This document shows positions 39,712-51,719 of a stretch of 64,000 nt of DNA, one piece after another. The position numbers and the translations under genes were made by a program. How positions within the stretch are numbered: position 1 is the stretch's first letter; every line of letters starts with the position of its first letter. Below the pieces are notes generated by a model, which saw only the letters and a list, made by a program, of their open reading frames with translations, had not been told where the DNA came from and searched no databases. Origin of the DNA: Tubiluchus corallicola (taxonomy: Eukaryota > Animalia > Priapulida); the NCBI GenBank assembly GCA_030141605.1, contig JAQGDQ010000905.1:1-64000 (forward strand), in the 5' to 3' direction.

Positions 39712-40134
39712 TAATGTGTTTGGACCTGGCATGTCCTTTGTGCTCATTTACTGCACAATTAATGCTTGGATCTGGCATGTCCTTTGTGCTCATTTACTGC
39801 ACAATTAATGCTTGGACCTGGCATGTCCTTTGTGCTCATTTACTGCACAATTAATGCTTGGACCTGGCATGTCCTTTGTGCTCATTTACTGCACAATTAA
39901 TGTTTGGACCTGGCATGTCCTTTGTGCTCATTTACTGCACAATTAATGTTTGGACCAGGCATGTCCTTTGTGCTCATTTACTGCACAATTAATGCTTGGA
40001 CCAGGCATGTCCTTTGTGCTCATTTACTGCACAATTAATGCTTGGACCAGGCATGTCCTTTGTGCTCATTTACTGCACAATTAATGCTTGGATCTGGCAT
40101 GTCCTTTGTGCTCATTTACTGCACAATTAATGCT
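39712..40134. repeat. 46-bp minisatellite, ~9 copies, abutting a MITE
   Basis: Period 46. Confidence 0.93.
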
Positions 40135-40138
40135 TTAA

Positions 40139-40433
40139 AGGAACGGTCATGTCTTCTGAAAAGTTGGGCTTATTTCAATGTTCGCGAAACATATTAGAAG
40201 TGACGCAAGCGCCTTGTGTAATTAAGAAAATCAGATGATTCGTTGTTTTCCTGCTGTCTAATTTTCAGCCTGTACCCCCAGTTACATCATAATTTTCAAC
40301 CACCATGCCTGAAAATTTCTATTCAGAGGCAGTACATTATAAATTCATTTGCAAATTTCTTTGTTATATTTTTCTAACTTTTAGGTGATAACAGTAAAAT
40401 AAACCCAACATACCGAGTGACTTGTTCTTTCCT
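40139..40433 (-). mobile_element. Kolobok-like MITE (inverted relative to 38779-39129)
   Basis: TTAA|aggaac ... tttcct|TTAA; shares tgttgggtttattttactgttatcaccta. Confidence 0.65.
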
Positions 40434-41289
40434 TTAAGCATTATTATATGCTTGTTTGATATAGTAATACTACAGATTGCATTATGATCTGACCAAGTTT
40501 TACAACATCTAATTGTATCTATGGTCATGATTGCGAGCATAGGTGGCCACTGTCTTGCATTCAGATCACTAGCTACTGACTAAAGTTTGATGAATTTCTA
40601 TGTAATAAGATGAAGGCTGTTCTTAAAATCGGAAGAAGTGTAAAAATGTTTATTTGGGCTTCTTCCTCAGAGGGTATATATAGTTGTAATCTAGCCAAAA
40701 TTTTACTGGCTACCTTGCAGTGACATAACATTGCATTATGGCACTGCACCTCCTCATCGAGGATAATCCGTAACCAATTATTCGTATGTTGTCATTATAT
40801 TTGTACTTTGTAGTTGTAACAGTGATCTCGACGCAGAAGATTTCTGTTATTGTAAGACGCGGAGTGTTAGTTTTGTTATGGCAAATTACCATTTTTTACG
40901 TGTTCTATAAGTATAATAAAAGAAATATCCAGAGAAATGAGTTACGAATAAGAAGTTTTATAATATTGAACTAAAGCATACTCATAGTAGTGTGGATTGT
41001 TTTACTCATGCTTATTTTGTTAATTGTCTTATGTATATTTAGCATAAAATGCTTTGTTAAATAACTGGAGGACATTTCTGTATCTGGAATCACAACTTTC
41101 TTGGTTCAAATCCCAATTGGCTCACAATTTTTAGTGTTTTGCTTCTCCTGTTAACTAATAATCGTGCTAAATGTTCTTTGAAAGGTGTGCCTACAAATAG
41201 CAATTAACTACCATGTAATACTAATTAAATGAAGGAACTAGGCACTAAACAAAAATGAGCAAACCAGGATTTGAACACAGAACTTACTA

Positions 41290-42662
41290 CTCGACAAGTT
41301 GAATGTGCATGCTGATAGATATACCCAGTCAGTCACCACATATACTTTGAACAGAACTCTAGAAGTTGAATGTGCATGCTGAACAGAACTCTAGAAGTTG
41401 AATGTGCATGCTGATAGATACACCCAGTCAGTCGCCACATATACTTTGAACAGAACTCGACAAGTTGAATGTGCATGCTGACAGATATACCCAGTCAGTT
41501 GCCACATATACTTTGAACAGAACTCTAGAAGTTGAATGTGCATGCTGATAGATATACCCAGTCAGTCGCCACATATACTTTGAACAGAACTCTAGAAGTT
41601 GAATGTGCATGCTGATAGATACACCCAGTCAGTCGCCACATATACTTTGAACAAAACTCTAGAAGTTGAATGTGCATGCTGATAGATATACCCAGTCAGT
41701 CGCCACATATACTTTGAACAGAACTCTAGAAGTTGAATGTGCATGCTGACAGATATACCCAGTCAGTCGCCACATATACTTTGAACAGAACTCGAGAAGT
41801 TGAATGTGCATGCTGACAGATATACCCAGTCAGTCGCCACATATACTTTGAACAGAACTCGACAAGTTGAATGTGCATGCTGATAGATATACCCAGTCAG
41901 TCGCCACATATACTTTGAACAGAACTCTAGAAGTTGAATGTGCATGCTGATAGATATACCCAGTCAGTCGCCACATATACTTTGAACAGAACTCTAGAAG
42001 TTGAATGTGCATGCTGACAGATATACCCAGTCAGTCGCCACATATACTTTGAACAGAACTCTAGAAGTTGAATGTGCATGCTGATAGATATACCCAGTCA
42101 GTCGCCACATATACTTTGAACAGAACTCTACAAGTTGAATGTGCATGCTGATAGATATACCCAGTCAGTCGCCACATATACTTTGAACAGAACTCTAGAA
42201 GTTGAATGTGCATGCTGATAGATATACCCAGTCAGTCGCCACATATACTTTGAACAGAACTCTAGAAGTTGAATGTGCATGCTGATAGATATACCCAGTC
42301 AGTCGCCACATATACTTTGAACAGAACTCTAGAAGTTGAATGTGCATGCTGATAGATATACCCAGTCAGTCGCCACATATACTTTGAACAGAACTCTAGA
42401 AGTTGAATGTGCATGCTGATAGATACACCCAGTCAGTCGCCACATATACTTTGAACAAAACTCTAGAAGTTGAATGTGCATGCTGATAGATATACCCAGT
42501 CAGTCGCCACATATACTTTGAACAGAACTCTAGAAGTTGAATGTGCATGCTGACAGATATACCCAGTCAGTCGCCACATATACTTTGAACAGAACTCGAC
42601 AAGTTGAATGTGCATGCTGACAGATATACCCAGTCAGTCGCCACATATACTTTGAACAGAAC
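41290..42662. repeat. 67-bp minisatellite, ~20 copies
   Basis: Period 67; homologous to 42679-42740. Confidence 0.95.
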
Positions 42663-42678
42663 ACTGAAGTTAAATATA

Positions 42679-43160
42679 CACTGATAGACACCAAATCAGT
42701 CGCCAAATATACTTAACAGATTTAGAATTTGATGTGCATCCAAAAATATACATAGTTTTTTGACATTTTTGTTTACATGTACGGGTAATTACATCATATG
42801 ATGCAAAATTCTTTTATATTTCTTGCAATCAACGAAATCTGTAGATTTTGCATGTGCCAGCTTTTGACTAATTGTTTTTTTATATTACAGGTGAATGAAA
42901 TGGCTTCGACTAGAAGATTTTGCAAAAATAAGGATAATTCTGCTACATCTGCGGTGAATACACCCCTGTTCCGAACAGGAATCTAGTGACAAATTTCATA
43001 AAGCGTGCTTACCGCGCTTATTTTGGTATTAAACTTGGTGACCAGGATAAAGCTTGGTCACCACACATGGTATACAACTCAAGCACCGAGTATCCGCGAC
43101 AGTGGACCAAACGCAAGAAGAGTTGTCTGAAGTTTGGAATTCCTGCGGTTTGGAGGGAGT
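42679..43160 (+). mobile_element. Chapaev-like (CMC) DNA transposon 5' fragment with degenerate transposase N-terminal zinc finger
   Basis: CACTG terminus; frameshifted FCYICGEY..AYFGIKLGDQDKAWSPH..KFGIPAVWRE. Confidence 0.65.
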
Positions 43161-43329
43161 CTGATTATAATCAGCCAGTTTATCGACACGATTAAGTAAC
43201 TAAACAAGTGAAAGATTTGTTGGAAAGCACTGACAAAAAGTGTGTGTAAAGAAAGTCAACAAGGTGCATTTAAACTGAGACACTGTACTGGATATCTGTT
43301 GTGGAGATTGCTGGCATCTATTAGAATTA

Positions 43330-43430
43330 CATAGAACATTGTCGAATGTTCCGTTGGAATGATCGCCTTACTGTCTGGAATTTTCTGGAACATTATTGCT
43401 GGAAGCTTCTTCAGCGCGCTATATAAGGCG
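43330..43430 (+). promoter_or_regulatory. Heat-shock-element cluster plus TATA box
   Basis: GAAcaTTGtcGAAtgTTC (43334-43351), gGAAttTTCtgGAAca (43377-43392), gGAAgcTTC, then TATATAAGG at 43420. Confidence 0.5.
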
Positions 43431-44426
43431 AAGCAGGCCGCCGACACGGGGAGCACACAGAGCACGCAGACCTCACACGGACGTATACTTACACATTCTC
43501 TTGTATACTTACTTTTTCAGATACGCTTAAACGTTTTCCAGATTTTCACGTTTACTGTAATCATTTCAACTTTCCTTCATACTTTTGTGTTGTAGAATTC
43601 TAAAAAACGTTTACAACATAAGTAATATAAATAGGAACGTATTAAGATTTTACGATACCCTAGGTTGATTGTTTTGTCCCGCCAATCTCTATTGTAAATT
43701 TATGGTTGTTAATGTAATGAGGAGATTAAGCAATTATTTGTGGTGTATTAGAAAAGCTATTAACCTAGGCTGTATGTGGTTATTATTAATTACATGTATT
43801 TGCATATGCTCAAATTCAAACAAATGCTTGTTGTGTAGTAACTTGCGTCTGTGGCACTTATATATATATATTTTCTGAGGAAAATAACATTTTTTTTCTA
43901 AACTGTAACACCCCTCAAACTTTGGGACCCTAGGATACAGCCTTGTTAGCCTATTGGTTGATAATGCTCCTGAATATAAAATGAGTCTGGCAGAAAAATT
44001 TAGTTTGATCTGTAAATTAATTGCATTTATATTGTAATTGTTGTCAGTGAAAGATCACTACAGAGCGAAGCATCTTCTATTAGCTGTTACTGTTTGTAAA
44101 ATAGACATTGCATGTTCAGACATGTTCTTTTTGTTTACTTGCCTTTCTGAGAAGGGTGGTTGACTCGCTAACCTTTGGTTTTTCGCCACCCTTTCTCCCA
44201 TGTTCATTTGTATTTTTGTATATTTTATTGTTAAATTAATGTGAATAATGGAGAAAAATAAAAATTACTAACTTACTTACTTACAGCCAAAACATAATGA
44301 CACTCTACAATTGGATCAGTAATAATCTTTACTCATGTTCTTGTTTAAGATATCTGTATTAATAAATAAATCAAATAAAAAATTAATGGTAAAGATGTTA
44401 ATAATCGGAAGTATTTTAATATTTGT

Positions 44427-46502
44427 CACATTTGCAAAGAATTTTATAGCTTATGTGACAGTCACTGATTTCAGTCATCTTTATTAATTTAAACTGATAT
44501 TTTATAAATACTGTGACGAAGCTACTGTGACACATTTGCAAAGAATTTTATAGCTTATGTGACAGTCACTGATTTCAGTCATCTTTATTAATTTAAACTG
44601 ATATTTTATAAATACTGTGACGAAGCTACTGTTACACATTTGCAAAGAATTTTATAGCTTATGTGACAGTCATTGATTTCAGTCATCTTTATTAATTTAA
44701 ACTGATATTTTATAAATACTGTGACGAAGCTACTGTGACACATTTGCAAATAATTTTATAGCTTATGTGACAGTCACTGATTTCAGTCATCTTTATTAAT
44801 TTAAACTGATATTTTATAAATACTGTGACGAAGCTACTGTGACACATTTGCAAAGAATTTTATAGCTTATGTGACAGTCACTGATTTCAGTCATCTTTAT
44901 TAATTTAAACTGATATTTTATAAATACTGTGACGAAGCTACTGTTACACATTTGCAAAGAATTTTATAGCTTATGTGACAGTCATTGATTTCAGTCATCT
45001 TTATTAATTTAAACTGATATTTTATAAATACTGTGACGAAGCTACTGTGACACATTTGCAAAGAATTTTATAGCTTATGTGACAGTCACTGAATTCAGTC
45101 ATCTTTATTAATTTAAACTGATATTTTATAAATCCTGTGACGAAGCTACTGTGACACATTTGCAAATAATTTTATAGCTTATGTGACAGTCACTGATTTC
45201 GGTCATCTTTATTAATTTAAACTGATATTTTATAAATCCTTCACGAAGCTACTGTGACACATTTGCAAAGAATTTTATAGCTTATGTGACAGTCACTGTT
45301 TTCAGTCATCTTTATTAATTTAAACTGATATTTTATAAATCCTTCACGAAGCTACTGTGACACATTTGCAAAGAATTTTATCGCTTATGTGACAGTCACT
45401 GATTTCGGTCATCTTTATTAATTTAAACTGATATTTTATAAATCCTTCACGAAGCTACTGTGACACATTTGCAAAGAATTTTATAGCTTATGTGACAGTC
45501 ACTGTTTTCAGTCATCTTTATTAATTTAAACTGATATTTTATAAATCCTGTGGCGAAGCTACTGTTACACATTTGCAAAGAATTTTATAGCTTATGTGAC
45601 AGTCATTGATTTCAGTCATCTTTATTCATTTAAACTGATATTTTATAAATCCTGTGACAAAGCTACTGTGACACATTTGCAAAGAATTTTATAGCTTATG
45701 TGACAGTCACTGAATTCAGTCATCTTTATTAATTTAAACTGATATTTTACAAATCCTGTGACGAAGCTACTGTGACACATTTGCAAATAATTTTATAGCT
45801 TATGTGACAGTCACTGATTTCAGTCATCTTTATTAATTTAAACTGATATTTTATAAATCCTTCACGAAGCTACTGTGACACATTTGCAAAGAATTTTATA
45901 GCTTATGTGACAGTCACTGATTTCGGTCATCTTTATTAATTTAAACTGATATTTTATAAATCCTTCACGAAGCTACTGTGACACATTTGCAAAGAATTTT
46001 ATAGCTTATGTGATAGTCACTGTTTTCAGTCATCTTTATTAATTTAAACTGATATTTTATAAATCCTTCACGAAGCTACTGTGACACATTTGCAAAGAAT
46101 TTTATAGCTTATGTGACAGTCACTGTTTTCAGTCATCTTTATTAATTTAAACTGATATTTTATAAATCCTGTGGCGAAGCTACTGTTACACATTTGCAAA
46201 GAATTTTATAGCTTATGTGACAGTCATTGATTTCAGTCATCTTTATTAATTTAAACTGATATTTTATAAATCCTGTGACAAAGCTACTGTGACACATTTG
46301 CAAAGAATTTTATAGCTTATGTGACAGTCACTGAATTCAGTCATCTTTATTAATTTAAACTGATATTTTATAAATCCTGTGACGAAGCTACTGTGACACA
46401 TTTGCAAATAATTTTATAGCTTATGTGACAGTCACTGATTTCAGTCATCTTTATTAATTTAAACTGATATTTTATAAATCCTGTGACGAAGCTACTGTGA
46501 CA
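44427..46502. repeat. 104-bp minisatellite, ~20 copies, overlapping the stop codon of the adjacent ORF
   Basis: Period 104 (some copies 103). Confidence 0.95.
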
Positions 46503-47286
46503 AGCTACGATTCGAAACTGATTCCATGCAAGCTGGTAAAGCCGGCTGAGACTTTAGCAAATCTCCTTTACCATTTTTATGTAACTGTTTGTATGTCTCA
46601 TACACATCCAAGTCTGAATTCCACTGTTCTGCAGCTCTAACAACATCCTCGTCATCTATGCATCCTTCGACCAATTTGGGAAACTCGTCTCTCCGAGCAG
46701 CCAATCTGGCAGCTAGCTCTTTTTTGCAAGCGTGACGATTCTTCTTCCTTTCGCTTTTCGCTAGTGCCTTCAATCTTATAATTTCTCTTTTTACGTGTGC
46801 TTTGCACGCTTCTTTATAAGCTTTCTCGTTCGTCTCGCGCATTGCAATTTCATTCTTAAGCTTCCTAAATGCCTTTTGATTTTCGTTTTCTATCGCCTCC
46901 ATTTCTTTCTTGCGTGTCCTGTACTGACCGTACCTGAAGCTGCCATATGCAATTAACGTTAATAGTATTGTAATCAATGCCGCTATCGCCAAAATCAAGA
47001 GGTTCACGTTTTCTGTCAGTGATATTTGACTTTCCGAACCACTGTCTGCTTTCTGCGGTGAATCAGATGACACAGTCTCTTCATCGCCAGCCTCATCATC
47101 GCCATCATCTCTCTTCTGCATAGTTTTTACAACATTTGACTCATCTTTGACAATGCCAGGTTCATGAAGGTTGCTAACAACATAGTCCACAGTTTGTCTA
47201 TGTCTGGTAAAGCACATTTTTTGCAAGGCTGCATTTGGCAAATTGAAAAATGGTAATGCTAGTACTAAAAGCACAAAAACTTTCAT
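46492..47286 (-). CDS. Intronless orphan protein, 264 aa: signal peptide, acidic linker, single TM helix, basic coiled-coil tail
   Basis: Non-repetitive 795-nt ORF in AT-rich DNA; MKVFVLLVLALP signal; LLILAIAALITILLTLIAYG TM followed by R/K; downstream AATAAA. Confidence 0.7.
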   Translation of the reverse strand: MKVFVLLVLALPFFNLPNAALQKMCFTRHRQTVDYVVSNLHEPGIVKDESNVVKTMQKRDDGDDEAGDEETVSSDSPQKADSGSESQISLTENVNLLILAIAALITILLTLIAYGSFRYGQYRTRKKEMEAIENENQKAFRKLKNEIAMRETNEKAYKEACKAHVKREIIRLKALAKSERKKNRHACKKELAARLAARRDEFPKLVEGCIDDEDVVRAAEQWNSDLDVYETYKQLHKNGKGDLLKSQPALPACMESVSNRSLSQ

Positions 47287-47744
47287 ATTTTTTCCATTCA
47301 ACTTCCATATTCGAAAATACTATTTGGAATGTATGGCATTTAGAACACACTAATCTCAACTACCATTGTTCTGAAACTTTTGGAATGCGCAGTGTTTGTT
47401 TCAGGACATTTGTGGACAAGGATTAATACTGTAATTAATATTTTACCTGACGGGTTTCATCAATTGTTACCGATTCGTTAATTATCAATTTTTACTAAGG
47501 TATTTGCTGGTTTTGGCATTCATTACTATGTAGCTTTTTATCTGTTTAAGAGTTAAGAGACTACATTACCATCATTAGGGGGGCAGTAATAAATGACTAT
47601 TTGGAAAGTGTAAAACTGCTCGTGCATTATTGATCATTAGTGGATGGTGTAACTGCATACAATTTCAAATTGGACATAACGTTTTTGCAGGGTTTTAGTA
47701 GGTTGTTGTTGCTGTTGTTGCTGTCATCATTAAAATTGTGTGAG

Positions 47745-48068
47745 CGGTGCAGTGGGTCAGGTATCGTGTTGACGGTATGAGGGTGGTGTGGGGCGGGTAA
47801 TGTAGTAGGTGTGGTTTGGTGCCGTGTTATGGAATGGCATTGGTATAATTGTGTGGTGACAGTGATGTGGTATGATATAGGGGTGGTATACTGTGGATGG
47901 CATGGTGCGTGTAGCGTTGCTTGGTGTGGTATGAGTGATGCAGTATGGCTGCCGTGGTGTGGCATAGTATGAGTGGTGCGTGGTGTAGCTGTTGCGATGT
48001 GGGTGGTGTGGTGTGGTGTGAAGTGGCATGGATGGTGTAATGCGAGTGATATGACATGGCGGGTGTAG
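47745..48068. repeat. GT-rich low-complexity tract
   Basis: Degenerate (GGTGT)n. Confidence 0.75.
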
Positions 48069-48510
48069 TGACAATAAAGTTTATAATATGAGATAAGCTT
48101 TTTCGGTATTATCTTAATAAACACTGAACGTGTTGAATTCTGATTTGTTCTATAAAGTCTATAACAGTCCACAGGGGCATAATTAGTTGCAGTAAGAGAA
48201 AACTTCGAGCCATACCAACTGGATTTTGTTAATTCAAGATGTGCTGTAATGAGTTAAAAGATATTGACGTTATGTGTCTAGAATACTCATGATTTGGGGC
48301 AAACGACATATGTAAATTCTTCAATCAAATTACAATTAGTTGTTTAGTTACATTGTAAATTAGCTATAGATTACTACAACTCTGTATTGTGAAACCACTA
48401 AATTATGCATAATTGATTTTTGGGTATCCATATTCTTTGGCATCATTTTTTTATTTACATGGAATGGTGCGTTTTGGAATAAAGGAGAAAAATACAGAAC
48501 AAAATTTAAA

Positions 48511-48659
48511 ATTAAAATGAGATTGAGTTTAAACAATTGTCCGGTCTTCCTTTAAGGTTGAAAAATCAAACTCGTGTTCATTTGGTTGAGGAGCGTGAGT
48601 TTGATTTTTCGACCTTAAAGGAAGACCGGACGATTGTTTAAACTCAATCTCATTTTAAT
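48511..48659. repeat. Long palindrome (~63-bp arms), MITE-like
   Basis: 48511-48573 is the reverse complement of 48597-48659. Confidence 0.9.
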
Positions 48660-49781
48660 ATCCTGTCCAAAATATACATTTTCTCGTCTATATAAGTTAG
48701 CAATTGTTTCTTGTATTTGAATAATTAGCTTACAAAGTTAATCAACGGCTATTGCCTACATCAGAAACTAACCACAGTTTGTGCAATGGCAAGCATCACC
48801 CTTTGCGCATCAAGCATGTTTACATAAGTGTTATTTTTCTGCTTAAATGCGTGATGTCACGAAAATTGGCTCACTTCATAATTTAAAAAATGAACTTTCT
48901 ATTTACTTTTTGGAAATTATAAGTTCCACTGTAAACAGGCTGCGAAAATTCAGAGTGAAGACCGAGGAACAACAATGGTACCTTCATAGATAATAAACAA
49001 AGAATTAGTTATTTCAATGGACTCACACATTTGTAGACGGAGTTATAATAAATTTACATCCATATTTGTTTCCTAACTTGACAAGCAAGAATTTTTGAAA
49101 CAGAGACGATGAAAAATGGACAGTTCACAGTTAGTTGTAAGCAAATAAATGCAAACTATGAAACAGAAGTACAGCAGTAGAATAACACACTTCAACATAG
49201 CAATCAAAAAATGTACTCATTGGCACAAGTAGTGCTGGCAATGTAAACAATTGCAAAGCCATTTTCACACTGTTTAAAATTCAATAAAAAAATTTAGCAA
49301 GGATACCAGGTACTTAAGACAAGAAGCTGTCAGCTGTTCACCCAAACATTACTGTGTTATGTTGGACGAAATTGTCTGCAACCGGGAATTTGATTAAAAC
49401 TTTCATTGCCACTAGATGTCTCTGAAAATCCTGCACCAAAATGGACCAAATGGCTTTTTTCTTTGTGTTTGTTGGTTAAAAGAAAAGCAGAGAAGTTGAG
49501 TGGGAAGAGTTGGATTCGGTAAATGGTCTTCAAAGAAAACTCAAATTGAGGACCAAGAAAAATACAAATAAGACAAAAGAAAATGAAAGAGAACATAATA
49601 AAAGTTGGGAGGGTATGTAGCTAACGCACCACATTACTTTAATAATGCAAGTGGTGAGAGTGTCAAAGAATGAAATACTTAAAGCAGCAAACTGGACTGG
49701 GAACTGTTTTAGAATCAAATCCACCAGGAAATACACTTTTACACCTGTGTAATAGATATTGTGGAAGTGGGAATTGTACAT

Positions 49782-51640
49782 TGTAATTAGGTGCTGCCAT
49801 CTATGTGCTAATCTTGTTACATTCTACCAGCTGACTTACCTTCAGTATAATTGTATGGTCCAGTGAATACATACACACTGGTCCTCTCCCTATCTTAAAT
49901 TAATGGTTGTTGTGAAGCCTGTGCAACTCTGCATAGGTCAAGTTCTATACCTGTATACTGACTGTGAAACAGGTTTTACTGACTGTTTTTGCTTTCTAGT
50001 TTTTGCTCAATGTTCAGTGCAGCAGTTTTGCTACTCATGTTTTCTGTAGTTCAATAAACACTTTTCTGTTGTGTGCAGTGCAAATATTTATTATAGATTT
50101 TTGGTTCCTATTCATACTTCTCTGTGCCTAAACTCAATCATAACAAAGTGACTGAACAACAACTTCAAAAATGACTTTCACATATGGTCCTTCAAGCCGA
50201 ATCTGAACCCAGACAGCACACAAGGATAACAATACAGCACTTCTACTTCTGTTGTCAACATGACAGAGCAAGTGGAGAAAACTAAACGAGTTCGACGAGC
50301 TTTGAGATCTTCTGTTACAAAGGCTACAGCCTTATTAACTGATGAACTAGATAGAGAAATTCCTAGGAAGGAAGAGGTGAGCCTTCTCTTATCACTTGTT
50401 ACGGAAAGTTGAAAATCCTACCATTACAGGTCCTGCTGCACGCACCAGTCGAGCTGACACTCTTTCCGACACTTCAGTATTTCGTTCAGCCGCTGTTACT
50501 CGTTTGCCTAAACTGATACTGCCAAAATTTGATGGCCAGATTTTGGAATGGCTGGCGTTTTGGGAACTGTTTGATGCTGCTGTCCTTTCTCATGGGCATT
50601 TAGCGCCTGTGCAGAAGTTCACTTATTTAAAAGGACAACTCTGCGGTGAGGCTGCCACAGCCATAGCCGGTTTACCTCTTTCCTCAGCCAACTACTCTAT
50701 TGCCATTCAACTACTTGAGTGTTGGTTTGGGTGCAAAGAAGTTCTAATAAGTGCACATATGTCAGCACTTCTTCGATTGCCACCATGCACTTCTCTTGAT
50801 GCGAAGCCACTTTGGAAAGTGCTTGACGAGCTTGACACGAACGTACGGGGTCTTGAAGCCCTAAATGTCACTTCAGATTCTTATGGTCGGTTACTAATAC
50901 CAGTCCTGTTGTTTCGTCTTCCTTCACAGCTCTCGATCACTTTGGCCCATTGTATCTTGGTGACCAGACCAAAGCATGAGTTCTGCTGTTCACATGTGCC
51001 ATCACTAAAGCCGTACACATGGAAGTTGTCACCTCCCTGAGTGAGAAAGATACTGAACTTGCTGTTCGTCGGTTCTTAGCACGCCGTGGACCCGCTCAGT
51101 TCTACAGCGACAATGCTCGATCATTCGTCAGCTTGGTGAAACACATGCAGAAGAGTCTGTCCTGGTCCTTCATCCCTGAAGCTGCACCCTGGTGGGGAGG
51201 TTACTGGGAGAGACTCATTGGACTGTCAAACCCTCGTGTCGCAAGACACTTCGCAGCACATCCTTATCTCTGCCTGAACTTACCACAGTAGTTACGGAAT
51301 TAGAGGAACGCATCAATAGGCGGCCGCTCGTTTTGTCTGGAGAAGAGCCTTTGACTCCAGGACACTTCATCTTTGGGACTACTCCACCTGCACTTTTGGA
51401 CATAAGCATCCACGATTCACCACCTCCTGAAGATTTACAGAGGAGATGGAGACATCGTCTTACCATCAGCACTCATCTTTGGTCCAGATGGAGGAACGAG
51501 TATCTTCTATCACTACGACAATGGAGAACCAAGTCAAGATTTCCAGCTATTCCTAAAGAAGGAGATATTGTCCTTGTCCATGCCAAGCCTCTCCCTCGAT
51601 GGTGTTGGCCGCTAGGCAAGATCGAATCGCTGATGTAAAC
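49782..51640 (+). mobile_element. BEL/Pao LTR retrotransposon, internally deleted (5' LTR 49782-50182, PBS 50185-50202, gag, integrase, DUF5641-like end)
   Basis: TG..CA LTR; PBS tggtccttcaagccgaat (tRNA-Tyr-like); LPKLILPKFDG..QKFTYL gag; RRG..SDNA..APWWGGYWERL integrase; WSRWRNEYL..WPLGKI; no protease/RT/RNaseH. Confidence 0.88.
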
Positions 51641-51719
51641 AGCTTGTTTGTATGATTGTATGATTTCTAGATGGAATGTGATAGTATATTGTTAATTTGT
51701 AGGGATTATGTATTTACGC

